Of a stretch of DNA of 64,000 nt, positions 1-12,830 are shown in pieces (within the stretch, counting starts at the first letter, position 1; every line of letters begins with the position of its first letter). The stretch is from NCBI GenBank assembly GCA_002633005.1, contig NMRA01000580.1, positions 173,062-237,061 on the forward strand. Direction: 5' to 3'. A model generated the notes under the pieces. That model had not been told where the DNA came from and made no database searches. It saw nothing but the letters and a program-made list of their open reading frames with translations. The translations under genes and the position numbers were made by a program. This DNA is from Phoronis australis. Lineage: Eukaryota; Animalia; Phoronida.

Positions 1-214
1 CGGCAAAGTGCTGGAGCATGCCAGGCCCGGATTTCTCTTCGGCGGCTTTAATGAGTTATATATAATAGGCGAGGTGCTGCGGCTGCATAATCAAAATTTA
101 AACCAACAACCCGCGTACTTTAACGACCGGGAAAATGGGCACCCCAGACAATACTAAACCATGAAATTCCTGTCACCCGTTTTCACAGTTTTAAGCTTGC
201 TGTTCACTGCCTAG

Positions 215-960
215 AGAGCCCGCTTCGTGACTAAACATGTCAATAAATAAGTCGAATCCCCATAGATGTTGTTTCCGAACCCACAAACAGGTGTCTAAGT
301 CACCGGTGTGAGTTCATGTTTGATTTGGATCCTGTGTGGAACAACTTATAATTCAAGTTTTTGCAATTCGTAAGTCCACTCTTGGAACCAGTTAAAGATC
401 TCATATTCATTCATAGAAGTAGGTCCACACAAGAGTAATGCGGAAAAAGGTCAGTTTAATACGAGACGTGGAAGCAGATGAACGTGAAACCCGGTCAGCT
501 ACATGTATACAGCATTATCGCTATAAAGCAGAAATGGTCGCTTCATATCGCTTTCGATGTCCCGGATATAGAAAAGATATTGACATATTTTTTCGTCTGA
601 AAATACCGAATGTGGAGATTATTTTGACCGAGTCTGATTGGTAAGATGATACGCGCTGGGGTTGGCTTGTGAAGTAAATGTCTTGTTCTTGGCTCTGTAC
701 TGCACTTTCTGAGAGCACGTTGTGGTTCCCACCGATCTTCATCGTCACGATAATAAATGTTCAGCGGAAACAGAAATATTTCATGCGAATAAAAATACCG
801 GATTCCTACTATTTTAAGTTAACGATGTTTTAAAAAATCAACCAGTGCTGTTCAAAAGGATACCAAACCCCGTTTCGATGTCAACCAATCCTCGTAGTGT
901 CACCTGCTAATGCAACATAGGCGCCAATCTTGAAATATAAAAGCAGGATTCAACTAAGCA
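215..960 (-). pseudogene. Degenerate BTB/BACK-domain protein fragments
   Basis: Manual minus-strand translation gives VTLRGLVDIETGFGILL (BTB-like), FRRKNMSIS, and TSMNEYEIFNWFQEW...VVPHRIQI (BACK-like), with stops and frameshifts. Confidence 0.4.
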
Positions 961-2480
961 TACAAAATCCCTAAGTCATAGATTGACACTGAAATTCGTG
1001 CTTGGTGGATTTTCCCACGGTGGCCGTATAATTAACTAAAAGCGCAGGTAGACTTTCGGAGAGAAGTTTTCAAACTTTCCTCCGAACTTTTGAATGTTGT
1101 CGAGGTTTACAGAGTATCATTTTGTTTCAGAGACTAAATTGGGTGGTTAAGTGGTTTTTAATATCTGTTAATAGGCCAAAACCTGGTTTATGCCAGTTCA
1201 ATGTCACAATTTTATAAATTAATCCTGATAACAAGATTCAGTGAGTTTTTACCGTACTTTAAAAAAGTCGTTTCAGTCTCATAGCCTGAGTTCAACTCGG
1301 CTTGATTAACTCAACTCCAATCTCAGGCACAACTTAGCAGAGATAGGAAATCATTAGCTTAACTCATCTGTCACGCCATGCAGGATATATACCTGCGTTC
1401 CTCCAGGAAGTGGATTTTAGCGAACTTAAAGGAGCATGCCACCCAAAACACAAACTAATTTGTATCAATTTAGATCGAGTGCATGTAGTTCTACTCCATA
1501 ACGACACGTACGGTTGCGTTACCTGACGGCAGACGGAGGTGTTGAAATTATCCAATGAGGTCATCGGTTTCACACACAGTCTGTTCAGCAGTTCAAAACA
1601 CTGGGTACTGGTGTCAGCTTATCACTTGAAATCATCGTTTAACACCAATAAATCATCAAACTTCGATGTAAAACCCTTAAAAATACACCGATTTCTTAAA
1701 AAAATGTGTTGTTTTATTTCGCTCTTACGGATTTATTGGTATTTGGACACACCGTAGCTCGGCAGGCCAATAAGGTCCTTGGAGTTTGGGGTCTGTTCGG
1801 AGATAATTTCGAAGTATTTTCCGTGAGATACAGACAGGAGAAGCTAGATCTGTGTTGTTTAGACTTGTGATTTTTTGAGTTCTAAACACAAAACGCTTGT
1901 TATCCCGGCCAGTGGCTAGGAAACTGATCAGACATCACGAACATAAACCAACCAAAGTTCAGTGGAAACTAAACTTCCAGTCAAGAAAATACTATACTAG
2001 TGAGCCAAAGTAATGTGTACCTGATTATGTTGGTGAATTATCCCCGAAACTGTAAATCTACTTACTCGTCGGGGGCCGCGAATTTAGCCGGTTCGGCCGC
2101 TTTGGCCACTGACAGCACCCTCAGGGCAGAAGTTGTACATTGACAATATTTGAGTAATGTAAATGTAAATAAAGATTCCTCTAACACCTGGCCGCGAGAT
2201 GGAAATCGAGTTGTTTCACAACAGTTTCTGCCAGCAAACACTAAATTAGCATGAGCTCACACGGCCTCGGTGTCCCGTCAATTAGTTTTATTGCACCTAA
2301 AGCCGGTAACGCAGTGACTTATTCATTGCTGGCTTCTCAAATCATTTGCACTCACGAACACTCCAAAGGCATTAAAAATTGCATCTAATGAGATAGACTT
2401 TGTTTCAGTTTTATACAAGTATTGGTTAGGGTGAGAATAATTCATTTTGAAACAGAACGCTCAGTAATAAACGCCCGAAC

Positions 2481-2633
2481 ATGGCACTCGCAACTTAGGA
2501 CGACCTAGAGCTCATCAGTCCCGACTTCGCAGGTGGATCGTTAAGTTTTACAGGCTATCAATTCGAACAGGAATATAGTGATGAAGAAATACTAGAGAGG
2601 CGCGGTGAACAAGCTCAGACAACGGAACGTTGG
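2481..2633 (+). pseudogene. KolX (P2X7-C-terminal-like) N-terminal remnant
   Basis: MALAT*DDLELISPDFAGGSLSFTGYQFEQEYSDEEILERR; the GYxFExEY motif also precedes the Cys-rich KolX domain in the element at 45313-47537. Confidence 0.55.
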
Positions 2634-2659
2634 TAAGCCGGCATTCGTCAGTCACTGTC

Positions 2660-2857
2660 GACGTCTGCAGGCCACAGACACGGAGATGTTTCACGGCCTC
2701 ATACTTGTTATTTATAGCGTACATTTCATTCTTCAATACCATGATCCACTTCCTAAACATTTCGGTCTCTCGAGGAAGTAAAAAAACGATATTCCCGCTT
2801 TCCTTGCAGCTGCTTAGTTCGGACAAGCGGAAACGATGCACCGCAACATAGAGGCAT
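2660..2857 (-). pseudogene. THAP-domain N-terminus of Kolobok transposase (frameshifted)
   Basis: MPLCCG..., then LLPRETEMFRKWIMVLK...HLRVCG: THAP C..C, P, W and C(xxH) landmarks. Confidence 0.7.
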
Positions 2858-5800
2858 TCACTCTGCATATGAACCACTGACGTCGCTAGCGTCGTTTCTC
2901 ACCTTCCTCACAGGTCAACGCGACACCTCTTGGCAAGGTAAGATCGACCGTATGCGAGGCGAAGTGGATATAGACCGATTAACACCGCAAAAAAGACTAA
3001 TTAAATGGGGTGGCATTCTCCTTTAAAGTCCTATGGTCCGAGGTATAGAAGAAAAAAAAAATTAACGCCGTTTAAGCTGGTTTTTTGATGTGACATGGAG
3101 TTCAAAAAGATATTAACTTTCAACTTGTCCAAAAAGTTTGAAAAAATCGTTGTAAATACAACAAACGAATAAAATGTCTACAAAGAATTTAATATCCGGG
3201 ATGCTCTATTAGATGTAAACATTACAACAACGCATGCGCAGCGGCAGATATAGAGGTCAACAGAATTTATACAAATGGCGGAGAGAAGTAGGTCTATGTA
3301 GTGTACGTCCGAATGCGAAACGCAGTCGTCCTGCTCTACGAGATTCAGAAAAAGACGCGTTAGCCAGTACAAAAAGCGGCATTACCAACAAACCGTGTAC
3401 CTGTAAGCGACTCGTTCGATAGGTGAGAAACAATGAGGACAAGACTGAATGTTCGAACTCGTGAAGGTTTTACATTACAACGATGCCAGGCTTTCGATGG
3501 ACACGTAAGTCAGTAAGTGTGCTGTTTGTGAAATGTTCAATGACTCGTTTACACGGTTAGAGCATTCACTGATGGCTAACTGATCTCATTCAGCATACAT
3601 CGGACCCGAATCATTTTGAAGAGCCTCAATTCGATCAGCTGTTGAAGTTCAGTTTTTGTTCTAATGTCCTACTAGTAGTACTGATTCACGCCGACCCGGA
3701 CTAGTTACACCATGATAGTGTTTTAACATGCAGTTAAAACTGCAAAGGCTCTTTCATTCTAACGTCGACATGGCGATGTTTTGGGGCGTTGCAGTCAGTA
3801 TGGAGAGTTAACTTCGGTCCTGAATCGAAGTTAACTGTGCCACATGACTTCACAGTAGATAAGCGGAGCGTCGATGCTGTGGTGTACGGTAGTATGAATG
3901 ATCAACTTCGGTTACATCGAAGAAGTTATTGTCAGGGGCCACTGTTATCATCAACAATTGCAGGGTAGTGTCGCTGCTCATATCACCAATCGAATTAGAA
4001 ATAGGTTTTTGTGTCTATTAGCACATGTCAATGTTCCCAAATTATCACATGTCCATGTTCCCAAATTATCACATTAAAAAATCCTAGTGTACAAGTGTTG
4101 CAACTGCACTACGTTGCGATTACTTCGATGACAACATTGTCAACTACAGTTTACTTAGACATCCAAAGCCGGTATAAACGGTTCAATTAACTTCACATTT
4201 TGTGTCGACACTCTGCTCAGACCGAAATTAAGTACAAAAGGGCTATTAGATCGAATTCAACTAACAGAACAATTTAACAGGTGGTGTTAAGAATTGTGGC
4301 GGGAGAGGGGGGGAGATGTTTGTAGGATGTGTTAGGGACTTCACCTGGCGATGCCAATAGCTTTATTAGAAAGCTCATATCAGTGTTGGTCGTACTGAGT
4401 ACAGTGGGGGAAGTCTTGGTCAAGATGGCTATACTTGAGAATGTCATTAGTTTTGCTTTATTTTTTCCAGTTAGGAGAATACTGACCACCTACAGGGGCC
4501 CCTGTAACCGTAACTTGAGCTTTCTTATTCCATTAAGTTTTAAAAGGAAGAATAGGTGTACTAAACTTATTCAGTTATTGATGGCCACTTTTCACTGTAT
4601 TTCCATCTTAGACTGTGCAGGTTAGGAGAAAATGGTTACTTGCAATCGCGATGGTCCAGGTACATTACTTGAACTCACAACCTCAAAAAATTAGCCAGTC
4701 AAATCACGTGATTGGAGTGCAAATCTTGTTTGCTCATGTCATGGAATTGCTCAATTTTCGAGTTGTGTATCGAATACAGAGATTAGGCTATGGGCTCTAA
4801 CATAAGCCGGAATTTTCATCAATTATAAGTCTCTTAAGTCGCTGGCAGTTTAGAATAATGCTGTCTCGGCTACAAATTTTGCCTTCTGGTAATTAAATCA
4901 AAGTTATTTTAAGCAAAAAGGTTTGACAAATTGACTGAAAGTACATTCTTAAATCTTGTGATTGCTCCTGGTAAAATGAGTCAAATTGTATTTAAACCCT
5001 CCTTCATCATCTGTACTTTCAGAATGAGTGGTTTAGACAACGCCCTCTACAAACTTCTTTGCAAGAGTCCCAGACTGGTCATCGCCTGAAAAAAACTTGA
5101 GGTATTGTTTCATTCATTTCCTTAATATCTCATGGAGTGACATTTCACATTTTATTCAACTCAAAACTCAAAATCCTAACCAAAGATATCACTGTTTCGT
5201 TTACAGTATTTAAACATGCCTTGTTTAAAGTATGTTCAATTTCTATTCAGGGATTCACCCAGGATTTCGAAAATAGGGTGTCCAAAATGGGATTCCCAAT
5301 ATTTCAGAGTGTCCGTGATTCCGACGAAGCATTACCCCTACCACCGTGCAGTGCACCAGCAACCCCCTACACAGTGATTTTTTTACAAAAATACGTAGAT
5401 CAAAGTGTTTACATCTGCGATTTCAAAATAACCCCCTGTAGCGAGCTTTTTTACTAAAAAACTGCTTGGACCTAGACTTTTACACATAAACTTATGAATA
5501 CAACCAAGCAGCTTACCAGACAAATATTAGAGATATTTTTGAAGGATGAGTGCACTTCGCAGATGATGGTGTCACTGCTGTTCCATATTAAAACATGAAA
5601 ATGCACATTGAAATGCACGAAACAGTGTTTCATTTGAGTTATTTATATTAGGTTTGTGTAAACCCTACTTTAGTGTGAAGTTTTTATTCTAATGTATAAG
5701 TGCATTGGAGGATGTCGAGTTGAGCAAAGAACATTTGTAATGTAACTAATTTGCATGTGAAAATTTTCAACTCGCTTACACTGTAGTATAAATGCAAGCT

Positions 5801-6099
5801 AACTCCAGCTGCTGGTTGAAATTCTTTGCATCATCTTTGGTGTGGGGAGCAATTAGGATTTCTAAAAACCTTATCTTGAAAATTTGCCCTTTTAAACAGT
5901 ACACACCATGGATTTTTGCACATTTTGAATTACCGGTGGCCACAAACTAAATGTATGACGTAAAATTTAGCTAAAGCCATGTTTATTTTGTGTAATTAGC
6001 TCGAAATTGTGATTTTTCTTTCAATTTTGCCAATTTTCACATTTCCCGCCATGTGACGTCATGGGTTGAACACAAGAGAGCAGTGACTAGCATTGAACA

Positions 6100-6270
6100 A
6101 TGGCGGAAAGCAGGGAATTTGAAAGCGACGACGATTATGAGCAAAAATTGAAAGAATACTATGAAAAAACGTACGGGAATGGTGGCCAGGATGAGGAAAT
6201 GGGGTTGCACGAAAGCGAGAATAAGTTTAATGTGCTTCCGGCAGCGTACTTTTCCACTTTGAGCCTTACG
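6100..6270 (+). pseudogene. KolX-like acidic N-terminal remnant
   Basis: MAESREFESDDDYEQKLKEYY...; homologous to 59348-59548 where it continues into PYELDP; truncated at the N at 6271. Confidence 0.45.
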
Positions 6271-6280
6271 NTTGGTTTAA

Positions 6281-7093
6281 TTGTACCACGTGATCTCTTT
6301 GTCTTGTTGCAACACTGGGCCATCGTCCACAATTCTCTCCAACTTTCATTTTTCACTCAATTTCTCTTTGAAGTTTCAGCACTCTCCGTCTCGTCACATC
6401 ATTAAGGTATTGTACCTTGTTTACTGCTTGTTCTGGACTAAATATGCCACCTACACCTGTAGTTGTTTGATTTTGGGCAGTTCTTACGTGCGTTGGCTGG
6501 ACGCCTATCTTAATTCGCCTGCGGCGACAGACCAGGGTCTGACCAATCTGGGTTTCCACGAGTCCTCTGTATCCATCAACTCCTTAGGGTTGTCCGGGGC
6601 CACCCTCGCCCCTGGCCCTCGTTCTGTTCGCCATTTAACCCCCGCCATCGCGGAATTCTCGGCCACTTTAGTGTTCCTACAGATCGCCGGAAACGACCTG
6701 TCTCATCCCCAGTCTCACCCTTTGTCTCTGGCCCATGACCTAATTTCGTTTTCCGAGTCTATCCTTCAGTCTTACCCTTCTGTGCAGTCAGTCATCATCG
6801 GCATGGTGTTCCTACGTTTCCACGATGACGGCACTTTTAATACCCGTTGCCAATCCCTTAACTTTCACCTCAAATGCCTCCTCGCCGACCATCCCACAGT
6901 CTTCCTTTGGACCCATAGGGGCGGGTTCTGGCAGGATCCTTTACACCTTTACCGCCCCGACCTCATTCACCTCAACCATTCAGGCATCCGCAAAAGTGGG
7001 CGGATGCATCCTTCTGCTGCATCTGTGGCAGATTGTCACCCACCTTTACAGTGCAACATGTTATATAACTTTTGTAATTACCGATATCTGTAG
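6281..7093 (+). CDS. SGNH/GDSL hydrolase-type domain, probably derived from a Ngaro/DIRS-type or LINE retroelement (core ~6470-6995)
   Basis: Blocks ILGSSYV (I), GLSGAT (II), QIAGNDL (III), PDLIHLN (V); open frame; C-rich composition unlike the flanks; true start uncertain. Confidence 0.75.
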   Translation: MYHVISLSCCNTGPSSTILSNFHFSLNFSLKFQHSPSRHIIKVLYLVYCLFWTKYATYTCSCLILGSSYVRWLDAYLNSPAATDQGLTNLGFHESSVSINSLGLSGATLAPGPRSVRHLTPAIAEFSATLVFLQIAGNDLSHPQSHPLSLAHDLISFSESILQSYPSVQSVIIGMVFLRFHDDGTFNTRCQSLNFHLKCLLADHPTVFLWTHRGGFWQDPLHLYRPDLIHLNHSGIRKSGRMHPSAASVADCHPPLQCNMLYNFCNYRYL

Positions 7094-7959
7094 TAGTTTA
7101 GTTTGTCATAATATATATGACCTTTTATCTCAACTACACGTGTTGTTTCACTGTAAACTAGCTTCGGTATCGCTTCGCAGTTAGCGCATATAAATGTATA
7201 TTGCTATCTCTTCACTCTATACACTTTGTCTCTGATCCGAGCAGTATGGCGAACGACTTGGGTTCAACCCATGACGTTGTATATAATTATTATTTTCTTC
7301 AATTTTTGCGTGTTTCTTTATGAGTTGTGCACTAAAGGCACTGAAATCTAGTAAGATATAATAATAAAATTTATTTTAAGGTACTAGAGTCATGTTGTGT
7401 ACACTTTAAGATTCCATCTGACGATTCAATGTCACTGTTTCAGATTCATATATACACATCTGAGTTTTCAGTGTAGAGGCCTCAGAATAAATTTTAAACT
7501 GAATGTCGTCTTACAAATGCCACTACTGTCATATTTCAGGGATTCAGAGCTGTTGTTCACCCTTGTCCTTATCTTCTTTGTCACCTGCATCCTCACAGTC
7601 TGGATCAAAGGTTTGCGCCTCTTGTAAAGACTCTATGCTCTATTGGAATTTAAAGTAGATATAGGCATGCCTTATATGTCACGAAAACCAACTGTTCATT
7701 TAGACCATGTAACATTAGTATGATATTGATCTCGAATTGTTCCTTGATAAAAATAGGTGTGAATTTTGGCTTGAAAATCTCCAGCAATTTGTTACTACTT
7801 GAGAGTTTCTTTAGGTTGACGTGTCACAGCAAGCCATTTGGACATGGTCACAACCATAATGAACTGTGACAGTTCTTTGCAAGACAAAAACTTATTTCTC
7901 GCCTGAATGAGGAAAGTGGTTAACAGGGTTTATAGCCGCAGAAATTTTTCTGTGAAAAT

Positions 7960-10900
7960 GCAACTCTATTTTCTCTCAATGTAGGTTTCTTGCTGCTTGT
8001 TAAAAGACTATATTAGTATGATCGGCTGCTGAGTAGCACTTGGGACATAACCATGTTGCCATGAGTTCAATTTCTTGTCTTAGAACTCTAGGATCCACTT
8101 AACCCATAAAGTGTTTTGCAATGGCCATCAAAAGTTATCATGATGCGATGGAGATTTATACAAAAAGTCAAATGGCAATACGTGCATTAGTTCTTGCACC
8201 ATCTTTCTAACTTGCCACCTCTCACACTTGTTGATACTAGCATTCCGTTGGTGGTATAGATACAGTTATCATTACTTGTACCCAATTGTTGGTTTTCTTT
8301 GCACTGTATCTTTGGTTTTAGTGTTTCAGTGCTCAATTATATTGTAACTTTTCACAATATTTTACACTTACAGGCTGCATAGGTACTTCAATGAGAAATC
8401 CAAAAGTAATGCTGTCAAGGATTGAGAAAGGTCTGTACTCCAGTGCCACCGGTGTCCATAAGTAGCAGATGCTTGAGAGAAAAACAAGGCGTGCACAAAC
8501 TTGACACATGACTTCCAGGGGCCACCCAGTTCATTGCCTATACGATCAATGGTTTTGCACTGACATCAAACGTTTGATCTATCAGAAGAACTATCACTGC
8601 TTCAGTGAACATTAGACACTAATTTTAGAGTTACCTTTGCATAGTAGCTTGACGTGGATATAGACTGTTGTCAATACAAAAGGACACGGCTATATTTTTG
8701 TCTTACTCATTTACCGTGCAGCATATAAGTCTGACATTTTACTTTTTATATATGTAAACCAACATTCCTTGATCACTGTTTGCCTACATTTGACTCCAAA
8801 ACTGTGATACAGTACCTGCTTTTTAATTGAAGTGCTCATGTAACTTGGTTCATGTTGAGTCTATCAACCATAATCATATGCTTTTGTTGATCCACGTGGT
8901 TGTGCGAATTGACTATGTAATTAAAATAAATGTGTCCATGAGTTCAAACATATTTCGATGAAATACATGTCATGCAGCAACTCTTGTTTGCATTTGAATT
9001 ACAGCAGTGAAATGCATTTTATGTTATACAGGTTAAACTTCGGCAGTGAAAATCCATTTTGTTCGTTAATGTGATTATGTCATTGCTGTTAAAGCTGCTA
9101 TAAACCTGCCTTCCTTCAATTAAACCAACTCTTGATTTTGACTATTTATTGTCTTGGCCCATTCCTTACACAAAATGACAAATGATTCCTGGAATTAGAA
9201 AGAACTGACAGTTCGTTATAGCTCAAACCTCAGTTTATCATTTTGCCTTGAAACAGCTTGTCATTTTCTGTAGGTGAATTTGTTACAAGCCAAGAAGCCC
9301 ATCCTCACCTGGGTAAAGAAACATACTGATAGGAGGTCTGATGCGAAAAATGGTATAAATTAAAAGTTACTTTATTGTTGATGGAATGTTGGTTTGTAGA
9401 AACATTTCCAGTTCTGTTTCATTGTCTTCATCCGATTTTAGTATGAAACTAAGAAATGGTATTGGGCATAAATTTTGTTTATTAGTACCACAAAGAAATC
9501 ACATTTATCTGAGTGCTTAGTAGTAGACAAAACAAATATGCATTAGACACATAAAATATGGTGCCTGAGTAAATAACATAATTTGTTTGACTGCATGCAA
9601 AGTATATAAAGCAGTACGATTTGTGACATAACCCTTGCATTGCGAAAATATGTTGGGGTAGGCACCTTTTGTTGTAGTTGGTACCTTTGTCGAAAGCCAG
9701 CAAATTATTACAGTAGACTCTTGCCAGTTCCTCATTTATGACGGAGAAACCAAAAATCCTGAATCATAAATGAAAATAAAATTTTCTTCATAGCCATGTA
9801 CAGAGAAAAAAAATCTTCATTAACTAGTGTACTTCAAAAGCACCTTATAGGATGCAAACAGTTTGTCCCGTCAGCACGCCATCTTTTTGGTCACATCACG
9901 TGACCTAATGAATGTATGTCCGAAAAGATTTCTGCCCTAGACAGGGACGGGGGCAGAAATCTTTTTGGATTTTTGGATTGATATTCATTAGGTCTCGTGA
10001 TGTGACCAAAAACATGGCGTGCTGACGGGACAAGCTGTTTGCGACATTTTTCCATGCCTTATTGAAAAAGATTTATTTATACATACCTTATAGAATGTAC
10101 TATTGGCAATCCATTGTTATGGCAATTTTGGTATTTAAACTTAAATTTCAGATAAACAATAAACAAAACTCAAATAAGGAATATGTTTTATTGTGTTTTG
10201 TTTAGTTTGACTAAAACCGGACCTTATCATGAACCTGCCAATAATCCATAGATAGTCTTTAATGAATATTCATGTCACAGGCGTACTGCCAGGGCCGTAA
10301 TAATGTTTTCACTTCACAATTGCCAAGTAAAGGTTTAGTCCAGTTATCATTAATACCTAATAGCCTGGAAATAATTTGTTCACATTTTCTCAAAAGTAAC
10401 TATTATGAGCATATTTTCAGATAATTTATTTATTTGCTAAATTGAGTTTTGGGTATTTATCTGAAACATTTATGTTGAGTGCCAGACCAAATCTCTGTAG
10501 CCAGAGCTTTGGAAGGAAAATGGTAAAATGTTATTACAAGTGTCATGTCAGCAGTGTTTTCTTTCACAGAGTCACATGTGTGCATAATGAGGGAGCTTAA
10601 CAGGATTTCCAAAACTGTCTTTATAAAAAATACTCACAGGCATAAGCAAAATGCAGGTGACAGGTTGCTTCTTGTAGATCTTTTCAGTGTACTGGACATT
10701 CCTCAGCATCTGCCACAGGTACACCCTGATGACAATCACAGCTGGTGATACCCACCACCCCAGTGAGTTTAGACACAGCAAGTTGAATACAATGCCCTCA
10801 TCCTCAGACATACTTATGTGAAGCTGAAAAACTCAAACCATATTAATTTAAAGTTGTAGTTTAAACATGACTTCAACATGAAGCGGAATGTTGTTTTCAT

Positions 10901-11620
10901 AGCTGCAAACTGGTTGTTGTTCTTCAAAAAGCCAGTGGTCCATTATTAATGAAGTTTTAAGACAGTATAATTTTCAGCATTTTATGTGGCATATTTTAGT
11001 GATACAGAGCAAATGTATTTTATTACAGGTTTTCAGTTTTGTTACCTATAAAGCTTGTGTGATTACTGATCAAATAAAACAATAAGAATGACTTGATCAC
11101 ACAAAAGTTATGTAGAATCGGTTCTATTGCGTTAAGAAACGAGAGTTCCAAGCATACCCGCATGTGAAGAGACCGAACATCAATTGCCACCTAAGCCTAT
11201 TCCTCTGCACATGGCTCAGTACTCCAATCATGTTGTCTCTGTTGCTTGAGTATTGTTTTTGTTGGTGAAGTGGTGATGCACATTACGATGAACCTTTAAA
11301 AACATGGTAATCACATAAAATGCCAATCTGAGCAGTACATAGATAACATTGATCAATACATTACATAGGATACACATTTTCGCAAAAGTGTGAGTGTACC
11401 TGAAATTGAAACTTCAGTGTTCTACCTGTTTCCAGACTAATTAAGTTAAGTTCCTGAGTTAACTTGCCAATACCGATGCTAGAAGTCTGTAACAGCTGAT
11501 ATTCAAGGAGGATAGATGATTTTCGAAGCACACTTTAGGCCCTCTGCCATGTAATCTGATGGATTGTGTTCTTGAAAGAGTGAGTCTGCAAGGGCCTAGT
11601 CGCACACTCAAAGTCCAAGA
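7960..11620 (-). pseudogene. Multi-exon DDE transposase pseudogene of element E (MULE/Kolobok-type DD-CxxH-E)
   Basis: GT-AG exons ~11620-11426, 11294-11159, 10823-10638, ~10363-10232 and 9759-9632 are phase-compatible; more exons at ~8578-8371 and ~8280-7980. Motifs: LLAFDKGTNYNKRCLP (D1), LLLDFS (D2), CIY/HQ across a 2-nt frameshift (CxxH), LI*SFNK (E region); many stops. Confidence 0.6.
9854..10042. mobile_element. Fold-back MITE (~190 bp) in an intron of element E
   Basis: Near-perfect inverted arms GCAAACAGTTTGTCCCGTCAGCACGCCAT... / ...ATGGCGTGCTGACGGGACAAGCTGTTTGC. Confidence 0.8.
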
Positions 11621-12038
11621 AAGAGTACATTAGTTAAAAGCAAGCACTGTCATTAACCTTCCCCTGTCCCTAGCCCTTTATTTACGTAATCGAGACCATT
11701 GGTAATACAAAATGTAACCCGCTAGATCTTTATTAATGCTCCTACTGATCTGCCTTTGGCTTATACCCTTTTGCCTTTGAGGAAGTCCCATGCATAGTAT
11801 ATTGTCCTGTAATGATGAGACCATTCCCAGTGTCTTGCAATTTGAGAACCAGATTTCTTCACTGAATAACCGGCATCAAATTTGTTGCATCCCATTCCCA
11901 ATCATGGTTTTGTATGATCTCACTTTTCTCGCAACAAGCTTCAGCCTACCAGCACTTCCCAAGTTTGCTTGCATTCAATCCGAGGCTTCATCGCTGATCC
12001 AGTGGTTTGTGTTCAAGTGGACTAGCTAGCTGACTGGT

Positions 12039-12466
12039 CAGTGGTGGATTTAGAGGGTGGGCTATGGCCTCCCTAAAATTCTCCCAGCTCCCATTTGGCA
12101 GTTCGGGGGTGCAAATGTTTGGCGAACTAAATCCTGGCTAATACTCTGCCTTGTTCCCCCACCTCAAAATCCTGGATCTGCGCCAGGCGCGGATCCAGGA
12201 TTTTGAGTTAGGGGGGCGAGTGCACAGGAATAACCAGAATTTTTCGACATGCGCGCGCCCAGCCTGATGTAGGTATGCGGGGGTGTCGAATTTTTGGGTT
12301 TGTGGATATTATTACTAAAAAAAACCCATAAACGGTAAACGGGGTTTGTTCAAATGGTATGTGCTAGTCAAAAAATCGCACCCCGAACTGCCAAATGGTA
12401 TCCGGGAGAATTGTGGGGGGGCATGGCCCCCNNNCCCCCCCCCCCCCATCCTCCAATGTGCCCCTG
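12039..12466. mobile_element. Tail-to-tail dimer of the CAGTGGCGG MITE family
   Basis: Plus copy 12039-~12183 and inverted copy ~12185-12466 with palindromic junction; outer flanks CTGGT/CTAGT. Confidence 0.7.
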
Positions 12467-12830
12467 CTAGTACACTATACAAGTAGAGTATAGAGTCCCT
12501 GGTGATAGACGATGCTTTTCTTATGGCAATGGAAAACGACGAATAGTTTTGCAATTCAAGTCCAAAGTCTGAAAACTGCCAGCAGGTAGAAATTAAACTC
12601 ACGACCATCGAGTGACAAACAGGGTCTATCCAACCACAATAACATTACACTCTTTTTCAGTCACAGCATTGCTAGGCCTAGGGCTAGAGTAGGGCTAGCC
12701 TTGGTACAAATGTGTATACTAAATATACTACCCTGGCTGTGTGAATTTCGGGCTCTATTGAAGAAAAACACACGTACAGTGGTACCTAGCTGTATTTTGA
12801 TACCGTTAGCTGGCTGGCTAGGGTACCACG

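Larger units (their letters stand above)
1430..3022. mobile_element. Kolobok-type non-autonomous DNA transposon (family A), internally deleted
   Basis: TTAA at 1426-1429 and 3023-3026; TIRs AGGAGCATGCCACCC / GGGTGGCATTCTCCT (14/15); convergent KolX and THAP remnants inside; further copies at 17773-18646 and 21555-21835. Confidence 0.85.
5896..7405. mobile_element. Kolobok-type element family B, copy 1 (centre replaced by SGNH ORF)
   Basis: TTAA at 5892-5895 and 7406-7409; TIR ACAGTACACACCATG / CATGTTGTGTACACT (12/15); 5896-6270 and ~7190-7405 align with 59095-60061. Confidence 0.8.
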
